A DNA stretch of 20,000 bases from an uncultured virus (IMG/VR IMGVR_UViG_3300018080_000169) (Duplodnaviria; Heunggongvirae; Uroviricota; Caudoviricetes), in IMG/VR virus record IMGVR_UViG_3300018080_000169. One strand, written 5' to 3'. A program made the position numbers and the translations under genes. Positions 8,615 to 16,780 of the stretch are shown piece by piece. How positions within the stretch are numbered: the stretch's first letter is position 1; the number at the start of each line of letters is the position of its first letter. The notes below the pieces were generated by a model. That model ran no database searches, was not told the origin of the DNA, and was given only the letters and a program-made list of their open reading frames with translations.

Positions 8615-8657
8615 TTGTTTTTATTTATATAACGAATTAAAAGGGAGAAGTAATGAA

Positions 8658-8861
8658 TTAAAAGTAAAATTCATCAATTTTTATATCAAATCCTTGTAAA
8701 CCAAAAATAAGTTCTACAAAATTATTATATGTATTTTCTCCAATATATCCTTCAGTTACAATTTTTCCGTCTCGTATTTCAATGTGTCCAAGCACCTGTC
8801 CTTTTTTTCTAATTGACATCAAATGTTGGTCTATTGTTAAATCTAAATTTTTATAGTCCAT
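8658..8861 (-). CDS. Hypothetical protein
   Basis: 67 aa, between repeats 8878 and 8625. Confidence 0.8.
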   Translation of the reverse strand: MDYKNLDLTIDQHLMSIRKKGQVLGHIEIRDGKIVTEGYIGENTYNNFVELIFGLQGFDIKIDEFYF

Positions 8862-8895
8862 GATATTTTACTTTTATTTATATAACGAATAGAAA

Positions 8896-9264
8896 TTATG
8901 AAGTAATGAAATTATACTCAAACCCTTTTGTTTTGTCAAACATAGCTTTAAAAATATCTTTAGGTTTTTCATTTTGTAAACAAATATTCATAGCGTCATC
9001 TGAAGTATGGTCTAATTTTTCGCCTTCTTTAATAACTTCAATTATTGGACGGGGAGAAATTAGTGTAGGGGGTTTTCCTACTTCGTGCAAACCAAAAATT
9101 ATTTCAACATCATCTTTTATATAGCAAATATCCAAATCTCCCATTGAAGAAAAAAAATCTGTATAATGCTTTTCTTCTGAATATTCCCACTCTTTTGTTT
9201 TCCTGTTAAATCTTTTCCTGTATGGTTTAAATCCTTTTTGTTTTATGTATTTTGTGAAATTCAT
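8896..9264 (-). CDS. Hypothetical protein
   Basis: 122 aa with GLHEVGKPPTLISPRP; stop codon inside repeat 8878. Confidence 0.8.
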   Translation of the reverse strand: MNFTKYIKQKGFKPYRKRFNRKTKEWEYSEEKHYTDFFSSMGDLDICYIKDDVEIIFGLHEVGKPPTLISPRPIIEVIKEGEKLDHTSDDAMNICLQNEKPKDIFKAMFDKTKGFEYNFITS

Positions 9265-9307
9265 TTGATTATATAACGAATAAAAAAGGAGAAGTAATGA
9301 AAATCAA

Positions 9308-9601
9308 TTATGAAAAATCTTTATTCATCCAATATTCATCATCACCTGGGTCTTGACATTCATATCTTTCAGCCCTTTCATCTAACCACGCCTGACTAGC
9401 GGGAGAGATACGAGTTGTATTGTTTCTTTTGTTCGGGGTTACTGTATTCCAATATTTATCTTTACAAACTGTTTTGCCCTTTGTTCTGCAAAATGCTTGT
9501 TGATAGTGTTCTTTTATAAACTTTGTCCCGCAACTAGGACAAATACATTCTTCACCAACTTTTTTGGACTTATTTAATTTGTATCGTTCTTTTAGTTTCA
9601 T
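9308..9601 (-). CDS. Putative Zn-finger protein
   Basis: 97 aa; CPSCGTKF...AFC...CK pattern. Confidence 0.75.
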   Translation of the reverse strand: MKLKERYKLNKSKKVGEECICPSCGTKFIKEHYQQAFCRTKGKTVCKDKYWNTVTPNKRNNTTRISPASQAWLDERAERYECQDPGDDEYWMNKDFS

Positions 9602-9790
9602 TTAACAATATACATTATTAAAGTTAGATATATTTATATATATACCACTATCAATATTGTTTTTCTTCCTTATCCTGCCAAGTTCTTTATCTTTTTGTTC
9701 ATCAACATCAAAAGGATTAAGATATTCTGAAGGCAAATAGTGCCACCCTTCTTTATCAAAATATTTTACTGTATATAATGATTTTTTCAT
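9602..9790 (-). CDS. Hypothetical protein
   Basis: 62 aa; repeat 9805 upstream; abuts the next gene. Confidence 0.7.
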   Translation of the reverse strand: MKKSLYTVKYFDKEGWHYLPSEYLNPFDVDEQKDKELGRIRKKNNIDSGIYINISNFNNVYC

Positions 9791-9816
9791 ATTGTTTATT
9801 TTATTTATATAACGAA

Positions 9817-9957
9817 TTATTTTTTAAAAGTAATGATTTTATATATATTTAATTTTTTACATTTAGCACAACGCCTCGCTTCTTTACCTAAATACCTGGC
9901 ACTCAAAACCTCTTCAGCTTCGCAACATGGACTTAATTTTTTATTTTCTTTGTTCAT
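9817..9957 (-). CDS. Zn-ribbon micro-protein (46 aa), paralog of 5062-5199
   Basis: Hand-translated MNKENKKLSPCCEAEEVLSARYLGKEARRCAKCKKLNIYKIITFKK. Confidence 0.8.
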   Translation of the reverse strand: MNKENKKLSPCCEAEEVLSARYLGKEARRCAKCKKLNIYKIITFKK

Positions 9958-9983
9958 GCTGTTTGTTTTATTTATATAACGAA

Positions 9984-10277
9984 TTATTTTTTTGAAGTAA
10001 CAAGCTCTTTAAAATTATTGTTGCCATTTATCCAACAATATAAATTTCGGCTAACTGCAAAATATTTGTCAAATACGCCCTCAATTATATTTCTTGCCCT
10101 GCTTATCTTATCACACATTTCAGAATAAGGGAGATTTTCATTTCTTATTTTGTCTTCTTCTTCTCTTTCTAAATCCCTTTGTATTCGTTCTAACCTGTCT
10201 AAATTACTTCCATATCTTTTGTAATAAGTAGCATATTTTTTGATTGCTTTTTCTGTTTTGTTTTCTATTCTGCACAT
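9984..10277 (-). CDS. Hypothetical protein (97 aa)
   Basis: Start moved to MCRIENK downstream of repeat 10289; stop codon inside repeat 9972. Confidence 0.75.
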   Translation of the reverse strand: MCRIENKTEKAIKKYATYYKRYGSNLDRLERIQRDLEREEEDKIRNENLPYSEMCDKISRARNIIEGVFDKYFAVSRNLYCWINGNNNFKELVTSKK

Positions 10278-10329
10278 ACGATTTTTATTTATATAACGAA
10301 TAAAAACTTTGAAGTAACAAAATTTTTGT

Positions 10330-10485
10330 CTATTTCTTTTTTTCTTCAAAAAACTCTAAAGGTGTAACTACCTTAGCTCTATTACCAATAATTTCTTGTG
10401 CCGTTTCATATTGTAATTCAGAAAACAAATTTCTAACTTCGTTTTCTGTGTATAGCTTTAATAATTTTAAAAAATATTTTTTCAT
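10330..10485 (-). CDS. Small hypothetical protein (51 aa)
   Basis: MKKYFLKLLKLYTENEVRNLFSELQYETAQEIIGNRAKVVTPLEFFEEKKK, between repeats 10501 and 10289. Confidence 0.7.
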   Translation of the reverse strand: MKKYFLKLLKLYTENEVRNLFSELQYETAQEIIGNRAKVVTPLEFFEEKKK

Positions 10486-10532
10486 AAGTGTTTGTTTTGT
10501 TTATATAACGAATATAAATTATGAAGTAATGA

Positions 10533-10757
10533 TTATATTATTGCTAAAAATTCTCTATCTGTAAAATAATCCAGAATAGGTGTTGTATTTATTACTTCTA
10601 GTATTATGGCAATGTCTATTTTATTAGAATTTGCTTTTTTAGTTTCCTTAGCAACTTGTTTTGCAGTTTCTAAAGTTCCTATATGGTCTTGCAACCAATA
10701 TCCATTAATTTTATTTTGCCTTTTTGATGATATGTTTATTAAAGAAAATTTGCTCAT
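10533..10757 (-). CDS. Hypothetical protein (74 aa)
   Basis: Start moved to MSKFSLIN downstream of repeat 10768. Confidence 0.75.
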   Translation of the reverse strand: MSKFSLINISSKRQNKINGYWLQDHIGTLETAKQVAKETKKANSNKIDIAIILEVINTTPILDYFTDREFLAII

Positions 10758-10827
10758 TTGTTTTTGTTTATATAACGAATAAAAACTGAGAAGTAATGAA
10801 GTTTCTAAAAGGATAACGAAAAACTGT

Positions 10828-11277
10828 CTATTCTTTAGCAAAGGGAAGTGAATAGTATTTGACAAGTCTATCAAAATCTTTATTAATAAACATATCATAA
10901 ACAGTTGTATCATCAAAATCTTTTAATAATCCTGAATTGTACCCCACTCTTTTATATCCGTTTGAAGTTAATACATCATAGACATATTTGAACGCTATTG
11001 TAGTAAATCTTTTTATTCTAAATTTTAGTTTATCATCATCCGTTGTTGGTACATCAATAACCCAACTTAAAAGAATATCATCCCAAGCATCATACCCATT
11101 ATCTCTACCACTAAAATAAGCATCATCTGGTATATCATTATCTTTCATAAATTTAGGTATATCTAAAGGATTAACATCAATAATACTAACGCTTTTAATA
11201 ATCTTCTTTGTAATTGGAGTTTGCCTATCAAGTTTGCCTATTGCGTCATTTAATGCCTTTATAATAAGAGTTTTCAT
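10828..11277 (-). CDS. Hypothetical protein
   Basis: 149 aa, flanked by two identical repeat copies. Confidence 0.85.
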   Translation of the reverse strand: MKTLIIKALNDAIGKLDRQTPITKKIIKSVSIIDVNPLDIPKFMKDNDIPDDAYFSGRDNGYDAWDDILLSWVIDVPTTDDDKLKFRIKRFTTIAFKYVYDVLTSNGYKRVGYNSGLLKDFDDTTVYDMFINKDFDRLVKYYSLPFAKE

Positions 11278-11326
11278 CTTTGCTTGTTTATTTATATAAC
11301 GAATAAAAACTGAGAAGTAATGAAAA

Positions 11327-11575
11327 TTAATTTAAAATTTTTTCTCTATCTGAATCTAAACCAGTATAAAATACTTGTATTTCGCTATCAATTTCATCAA
11401 TAGTATGTTCATAAACAACTATTTGTCCATCATTATTTTTAACGTCTGTTATTGCATCTTCATCTTTTTTTACCATTTCAATAGCTTTTTCTAAATTACT
11501 GGCAATACCAATTACTCTATGAGAAGCCCAAGTTTGCAAAATATCTGTATGGTATATTAAAAATACTTTTTTCAT
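11327..11575 (-). CDS. Hypothetical protein
   Basis: 82 aa, between repeats 11592 and 11292. Confidence 0.8.
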   Translation of the reverse strand: MKKVFLIYHTDILQTWASHRVIGIASNLEKAIEMVKKDEDAITDVKNNDGQIVVYEHTIDEIDSEIQVFYTGLDSDREKILN

Positions 11576-11630
11576 ATTGTTTAATTTTTATTTATATAAC
11601 GAATAAAAATTTTGAAGTAATGAAAAAATA

Positions 11631-11657
11631 GCCCCCACTTAATTTAAGCGGGGGGAG
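11631..11657 (-). terminator. CCCCCACTTAATTTAAGCGGGGG-family hairpin
   Basis: Same family, between a stop codon and repeat 11592. Confidence 0.7.
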
Positions 11658-11665
11658 AATTTTAT

Positions 11666-12010
11666 TTAGCCAACTTCAACAATTTCTAAAATATGAGAGG
11701 GAGTAGTAGCACACTTTCTTATTAAAGTTTTGTTAAAAGCAAATATTTCCATTATGCCATAATATTTAGTTTTAACAAAATACCTTTTCAAATGTTCTTT
11801 GAAACTTATTTTATATCCCCTTAACTTATAAACTCCGTGTTTATAAGTATCAGGATTCCATAACTCATTAAAAGTTATTTCAATAAGTTTTCTTTCTTCT
11901 TTTGAAAGTTCTTTAAAAGATTTTTCTTTTAATACTTCGTGCAAATGATATGCGTTACTGCCCTTGATTTCTTCTATTGGAGCAGGTTTTTCTACAAATG
12001 GGTAAATCAT
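11666..12010 (-). CDS. Hypothetical protein (114 aa)
   Basis: Start moved to the ATG at 12010 (MIYPFVEK), after the A-rich leader. Confidence 0.8.
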   Translation of the reverse strand: MIYPFVEKPAPIEEIKGSNAYHLHEVLKEKSFKELSKEERKLIEITFNELWNPDTYKHGVYKLRGYKISFKEHLKRYFVKTKYYGIMEIFAFNKTLIRKCATTPSHILEIVEVG

Positions 12011-12072
12011 AATTGTTTGTTTTTTAGTTAGCAATTTTATTTATATAACGAATTTATTTTTTAAAGTAATGA

Positions 12073-12100
12073 AAAAGGGAGAGTTAAAATTTAACTCCCC
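12073..12100 (-). terminator. Intrinsic terminator
   Basis: gggagagttaaa/tttaactccccc inverted repeat followed by a T-run on the minus strand. Confidence 0.65.
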
Positions 12101-12136
12101 CAAAAACAAATTGCAAACCTCAACAAAAATATATCT

Positions 12137-12361
12137 TTAATTTGATATTGCAATAGCATATAAAAACATGTTTCTGCTTATCATTAAAAACTCTTTATAA
12201 TCTAATCTTTTTTGTATAGGTATCATTTTTAATGGTCGCCCTGTTTCTTCATGAGTATGATATAATATACTTTTCTGTGAGTCATAAGTCAAAATTATTC
12301 CTGTGCCTATTAAATGATAGTGAAATAAATTTATGCCCGATTTTGCAGATATTATACTCAT
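12137..12361 (-). CDS. Hypothetical protein
   Basis: 74 aa; second gene of its module. Confidence 0.65.
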   Translation of the reverse strand: MSIISAKSGINLFHYHLIGTGIILTYDSQKSILYHTHEETGRPLKMIPIQKRLDYKEFLMISRNMFLYAIAISN

Positions 12362-12367
12362 TTTATT

Positions 12368-12643
12368 TTATTGTGCCTGAAATTTAGCAACCAATTTTTT
12401 AAGTGAATTATCAAATTCTTTTTTGTTTTCATCAACAGTTTTAACTTTAAATAAAGGAATAGCCACAATAAATTTTGCCATTTCTTTAACAATTTCAATT
12501 TCCCATGATTCACCAGTCTTTATTAAATCTGACTTTTTAGGAAAAACAACTTTTCCTTTTTTGTTTCTGCCAAGTAATTTTTGATTTTCGCCTGTATAAA
12601 ACTGTATCACTTCAGTTTTAATTGCGTTAGGGATAGTTTTCAT
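12368..12643 (-). CDS. Hypothetical protein, possibly TRAM/OB-like
   Basis: Start at MKTIPNA; GKVVFP...GESWEIEIVKEMAKFIVA loosely resembles TRAM-domain strands (weak). Confidence 0.65.
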   Translation of the reverse strand: MKTIPNAIKTEVIQFYTGENQKLLGRNKKGKVVFPKKSDLIKTGESWEIEIVKEMAKFIVAIPLFKVKTVDENKKEFDNSLKKLVAKFQAQ

Positions 12644-12671
12644 TTTTGTTTGTTTTTGGTTAGACAATTTA

Positions 12672-12932
12672 TTAATATAACGAATAAAAATTATGAAGTA
12701 ATGAAATATCTGAAATATTTAAGTTTTTAAGTTTATTTAAAATATATTCCCAACTTTTGTGTGCTTCAGGAAAATATATTATGTTATCTTTATCAGGGTG
12801 CATATAATCATATTTAATCTCTTTTCTTATTCTATGCCACCTAACAGCATCCCGAGCCTCTTTTAAAGCAAGTTTGAAATTAGTTATTTCAACCAATTCG
12901 CCCCTTATATTTTTAATAAATCTTGGTTTCAT
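12672..12932 (-). CDS. Hypothetical protein reading through the next repeat
   Basis: 86 aa; the C-terminal SLLHNFYSLY is encoded by repeat 12673. Confidence 0.7.
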   Translation of the reverse strand: MKPRFIKNIRGELVEITNFKLALKEARDAVRWHRIRKEIKYDYMHPDKDNIIYFPEAHKSWEYILNKLKNLNISDISLLHNFYSLY

Positions 12933-12966
12933 TTATTTTATTTATTTAAAAGTTTCCTAACTTAAT

Positions 12967-13155
12967 TTAAACAGGGGAGATTATTGCTATAAAGTATATA
13001 TTAGCTTTTTCTTTAGTGTCAAAAGTTTTTAAAATATTTTCATCTTGACTTACAGCATATTTACCATTTTTTAATAAATCTAAATAATAAGACTTAAATC
13101 CTATTTCTGCAGTTTTTAGTGTTTTTTGTATAATTTCCGTTGTATTTTTTTGCAT
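12967..13155 (-). CDS. Hypothetical protein
   Basis: 62 aa; repeat 13174 upstream. Confidence 0.7.
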   Translation of the reverse strand: MQKNTTEIIQKTLKTAEIGFKSYYLDLLKNGKYAVSQDENILKTFDTKEKANIYFIAIISPV

Positions 13156-13209
13156 GTTTTTATAAGTTTTTGTTTACATAACGAATTAAAAGGTAGAAGT
13201 AATGAAAAA

Positions 13210-13235
13210 TCCCCCACTTAAATTAAGCAGGGAGA
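13210..13235 (-). terminator. CCCCCACTTAA-family hairpin
   Basis: tcccccacttaaattaagcagggaga. Confidence 0.6.
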
Positions 13236-13238
13236 TTT

Positions 13239-13577
13239 TTACTTTTTAGCTTTTTTGCTTTTAAAAATCTTTGTCAAAATATTTTTCTTTGCCTGTGCTT
13301 TTTCTTTAGCTTCAACTTCAGCCCTACGTTTTTCTTCTCTTGCTTTATTCAGGGAAAGTCTTTTTTCTGACTTCTTAGAGTTTAATTCAGTTCTGATACT
13401 AGCCAATTCAACTAAATCTTCTTTTCCAATTACAAGTTTTTTCTCTGCTTTTAATTCAGCCAATTCTCTTTTGTCTGTTACAAGTTGCCCCGTATCTTTG
13501 TTGAATTTTTTGCCTTTGGAGATTATCTCCGATTGCTTACCTTTTAAGGTTCTGATGTCGTTGTCAATAGTTTTCAT
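13239..13577 (-). CDS. Lys-rich coiled-coil hypothetical protein
   Basis: 112 aa, K/E-rich with a helical pattern. Confidence 0.8.
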   Translation of the reverse strand: MKTIDNDIRTLKGKQSEIISKGKKFNKDTGQLVTDKRELAELKAEKKLVIGKEDLVELASIRTELNSKKSEKRLSLNKAREEKRRAEVEAKEKAQAKKNILTKIFKSKKAKK

Positions 13578-13665
13578 TTTTGTTTGTTTTTAGTTTAACA
13601 TTTATTTATATAACGAATACATTTTTTAAAGTAATGGAAATTTAGTTTAATGAATAATAAAAAAA

Positions 13666-13692
13666 TCCCCCACTTAATTTAAGCAGGGAGAG
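13666..13692 (-). terminator. CCCCCACTTAA-family hairpin
   Basis: tcccccacttaatttaagcagggagag, followed by a T-run on the minus strand. Confidence 0.6.
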
Positions 13693-13696
13693 ATTT

Positions 13697-13891
13697 TTAA
13701 GCAACTTTTAAAATACCTTCTCCAGGAATTTCTTTAGGTCTGTCCACTACAACACCATTTAGCTCATTTTCAACAATGCTTTTTGCCTCAAGTCTAAAAG
13801 GTGAAGTTAAAATCTTTTCATCATTTTCAACTTGTATAACTTCAAATTTAAACAGACTTTTTTCATCAATATAAAATTTTTTAGTTTCCAT
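13697..13891 (-). CDS. Hypothetical protein
   Basis: 64 aa; repeat 13927 upstream. Confidence 0.75.
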   Translation of the reverse strand: METKKFYIDEKSLFKFEVIQVENDEKILTSPFRLEAKSIVENELNGVVVDRPKEIPGEGILKVA

Positions 13892-13991
13892 TTTTTGTTT
13901 GTTTTTAGTTTGACAATTTGTTTTTCTTATATAACGAAATAAGATATTGAAGTAATGAAAAAACTAAATTTAAGAGGGGGAGAATTTTATT

Positions 13992-14570
13992 TTATACTTT
14001 TTCTAATAAAGCAGTAATTAATTCTTTTTCTTCAACATATTCAGCTATTCCATTTTTTTCAAAATCTGTACCATAAAACCCCCAACAACTATTTATAACG
14101 TCCTCATTTTTATCAAGCACCTCAAAACCGTACACATCACCACGTATATAAGTATCATATATATCAACTTCTGTAAGCAATATTTTTTCAGCTTTTTCAA
14201 TTTGCTTTTTGCTTACCCTTTTTGACATAAATTCTTTTCTTACTGCCTCTTTGGTAACAATAGCAAAACCCACTTGCCAACTGTCCCACCTACAACCAAA
14301 AGGGTTTGTAGATATTGTGATTCCGCTATGGTCATATAGGTAGAGGGGGAGAATAACTGCAACATCTTCATTTTTGATAATATCCTGCTCCATTTCATCC
14401 CAACCACTATAATCATCACTATTATAATTATGCTCATCCCCTAAATTATAACGATTATGAAAACATATCATTTTGCCTAAATTGTCCCAATTACGTGGAC
14501 TTTCAAAACTGTCGTCATAAAATATTTTCAGGGTTTTTTCGTTTACAGTAACTTTTTTTATAGCGTCCAT
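13992..14570 (-). CDS. Conserved phage/mobile-element hypothetical protein (LPLYLYDHSG / SCWGFYG motifs)
   Basis: 192 aa with SPRNWDNLG, LPLYLYDHSGITIST, GDVYGF and SCWGFYG. Confidence 0.85.
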   Translation of the reverse strand: MDAIKKVTVNEKTLKIFYDDSFESPRNWDNLGKMICFHNRYNLGDEHNYNSDDYSGWDEMEQDIIKNEDVAVILPLYLYDHSGITISTNPFGCRWDSWQVGFAIVTKEAVRKEFMSKRVSKKQIEKAEKILLTEVDIYDTYIRGDVYGFEVLDKNEDVINSCWGFYGTDFEKNGIAEYVEEKELITALLEKV

Positions 14571-14635
14571 ATTGCTTTTTGTTTTTGGTTTAACATTTAT
14601 TTATATAACGAATACCAGTTTTAAAGTAATGAAAT

Positions 14636-14836
14636 TTAAACATCTTTTTCTTTTACTGCCCCAACTTTTTTTAATACTTCATTCACTTGTTTGCTATGCT
14701 TTCCTACTTTCATTCTAAATAAGTCATTTGACTTTTGTTGATAAAATACCAAGCCCGACAAATAAGGGTAAACTAGTTTAAACTGTTTTCTGTTCAGTTT
14801 ATAAATTATCATTTCACTTTTGTAAACTTTTAACAT
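14636..14836 (-). CDS. Hypothetical protein
   Basis: 66 aa, between repeats 14852 and 14601. Confidence 0.7.
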   Translation of the reverse strand: MLKVYKSEMIIYKLNRKQFKLVYPYLSGLVFYQQKSNDLFRMKVGKHSKQVNEVLKKVGAVKEKDV

Positions 14837-14897
14837 CTTGTTTGTTTTTATTATTATAACGAATTAAAATTTTAAAGTAACAGGGAGAATTTAAAAT

Positions 14898-14929
14898 AAA
14901 AAAGGGAGATGTTAATTTAACATCCCCCT
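14898..14929 (-). terminator. Intrinsic terminator after ardC
   Basis: agggagatgttaa/ttaacatccccct inverted repeat with a T-run. Confidence 0.7.
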
Positions 14930-14936
14930 GATTTTT

Positions 14937-15848
14937 TTATACTGCTTGTTCTTTTTCTATTTCTTTATGTATTTTTACTGAAGCTGTTTCCTCATCTTCC
15001 AACTTTCCTAAAATATAATCAACTGCTTTTTGTGCCTGTGTACTTGCTTTGAAAATTAATTTACTATCATTTTGTAATGCTCTTATCCAGCTTTGTAAGT
15101 ATGCAACACTATTTTTTTCAGTATCTTCATTATTAATTCCGCCTATTGCAGATAAAAAACTTGCTCCAATTTCAGCGATTAACTCTTCAAAACTATAATC
15201 ATGGTTTTCAAAAAATGTACCTGACATGACCGTAGCCCTGTTTAATCTGTCCGTGTGTCCCGTACTATGTACTAATTCATGAGCCAATGTACTATAATAT
15301 TTTTCAGTGCTGTCAAAAGCTTTTTTAACAGGCAATTTAATATAATCTAATGTAGGATTGTAATAAGCCCTGTCGCCCCCCTCTTTTTGCACTGGTTTAT
15401 TTGGCATATTATTAAAAATTTCCTCAAGTGTTTCAACTGTACCAATATTTTCGTTACCTTCAATTTCCTTAAATTCTACTCCCTCAATTTGTTCAGCATT
15501 GAAAATATTGTAATATCTTAATAAAGGGATGCGTTTCGTTTCATTTTCTCCAGTAACTTTATTTTCTCTCTCTATATTTAAAATCTTCCAATATACCACG
15601 GTTGTTGCTTTTTCGCCCTTTATAACTTTACCCCCAAGCTTATTAGCTTGTTTCATAGTAAGCCAAAAAGGACTTTTAAAATCTGCAAATGAAGTTATAA
15701 AAGCATTAATTCCCCTGTAACCCTTTTTTGTTACATAATTCATAGGTACACCAATAGAGGACCAAGGACGTTTCCATGAAAATTTGCCCTCTTGCATACG
15801 TTTGATGATTTGGTCTGTTACTTTTTTATAAACATCTGAATTTTTCAT
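14937..15848 (-). CDS. ardC: ArdC-family anti-restriction protein (ssDNA-binding N-domain plus zincin-like metallopeptidase domain)
   Basis: 303 aa with WKRPW, YRGIN, WLTMKQANKLGGKVIKGEK, HELVHSTGH (HExxH), RLNR and YSFEELIAEIGA. Confidence 0.92.
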   Translation of the reverse strand: MKNSDVYKKVTDQIIKRMQEGKFSWKRPWSSIGVPMNYVTKKGYRGINAFITSFADFKSPFWLTMKQANKLGGKVIKGEKATTVVYWKILNIERENKVTGENETKRIPLLRYYNIFNAEQIEGVEFKEIEGNENIGTVETLEEIFNNMPNKPVQKEGGDRAYYNPTLDYIKLPVKKAFDSTEKYYSTLAHELVHSTGHTDRLNRATVMSGTFFENHDYSFEELIAEIGASFLSAIGGINNEDTEKNSVAYLQSWIRALQNDSKLIFKASTQAQKAVDYILGKLEDEETASVKIHKEIEKEQAV

Positions 15849-15922
15849 TTTGCTTGTTTTTTAGTTTGACAATTTGTTATTTGAATATATAACGAAACGA
15901 AATTTTAAAGTAATGAAATAAA

Positions 15923-15953
15923 AAAAACTCCCTGAATTTTTTAGGGAGTTTTT
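15923..15953. terminator. Bidirectional-looking hairpin terminator
   Basis: aaaaactccctgaa/tttagggagttttt. Confidence 0.7.
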
Positions 15954-16203
15954 AAAAATAATAATGAATCAAATAATTAAACAAAAAAAGAAAACAAATA
16001 ATGAAACATATAACGAAACGAAACTTTAAAGTAATGAAATAAAGGGAGATTTTTAAAATTAAATTTAACGTAATTTAAAGCTATTTAACGAATTGTCTAT
16101 TATTTTGGTAACTCTCCCCAAAGAGATAATAAAACAGTCAGAAATTAACTAAAATAAATTATTACAGGGTAAATTATAATAATATGCTAATATACAAAAA
16201 AAA

Positions 16204-16231
16204 TCCCCCCACTTAATTTAAGAGGGGGGAT
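16204..16231 (-). terminator. CCCCCACTTAA-family hairpin
   Basis: tccccccacttaatttaagaggggggat, followed by a T-run on the minus strand. Confidence 0.7.
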
Positions 16232-16252
16232 ATAAATTTTGATTTTTTTCTT

Positions 16253-16780
16253 TTAATTCTCAACAATAAAAGTTTCTTTGTTTAATGTTATTCTTGCAAT
16301 AGACAACATTTTGAAAGTCCTTATTATCACTTTATTCTCAAGCCCTGCCTGTTCGCCCTCTTTTTTATTAGTGTCAAGCCCTGTTATTAGCTCTTTTCGT
16401 ATCGGTTTGCCGTCTAATAAATAAGTAACCGAGCCAGGTTTTAAAAATATTACTTCAAGATAAAATTGCCCTTTGTGCTCAATTAATGGAGTACCCTTAA
16501 TTCTTTCGCCCCATTTTCTAGGTTTTAATTCAAAAATTGGAGTTTTGCCTTCAGATAATAGCCGTCTTTCAACCATTTTTTGATAAGCATTAACATTTTT
16601 ATTTTGAAATACCATAACATTGTTACCTGTTGATAATTTAGTAACTCTGCCCTGCATATCATTTTTTTGACCACCTTTTAATATTGGTATTGTAGCCGTA
16701 TCAATACCTATAAAGGTACTACCATTAACTACACCAGATTTGAATTTTGCAATTAATTGTTCAATAGTGATTTTTTTCAT
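16253..16780 (-). CDS. Conserved phage hypothetical protein, first gene of the array
   Basis: 175 aa with GGQKNDMQGRVTK, YQKMVERRL and PRKWGERIKGTPLIEHKG. Confidence 0.85.
   Translation of the reverse strand: MKKITIEQLIAKFKSGVVNGSTFIGIDTATIPILKGGQKNDMQGRVTKLSTGNNVMVFQNKNVNAYQKMVERRLLSEGKTPIFELKPRKWGERIKGTPLIEHKGQFYLEVIFLKPGSVTYLLDGKPIRKELITGLDTNKKEGEQAGLENKVIIRTFKMLSIARITLNKETFIVEN

Noticed and set aside
3238..12667. ORF-track starts at 3300, 5301, 10349, 10916, 12034 and 12667
   Set aside because: These extensions run through the promoter repeat or leader; downstream ATGs with A-rich leaders fit the module pattern better.
813..15720. Plus-strand ORFs in the array (813, 1566, 3684, 5607, 6027, 6307, 8265, 8906, 13255, 15529) and the nested minus ORF at 14240
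   Set aside because: They are antisense or alternate-frame shadows of better-supported genes or span the repeats, and they have no leader or promoter motif.
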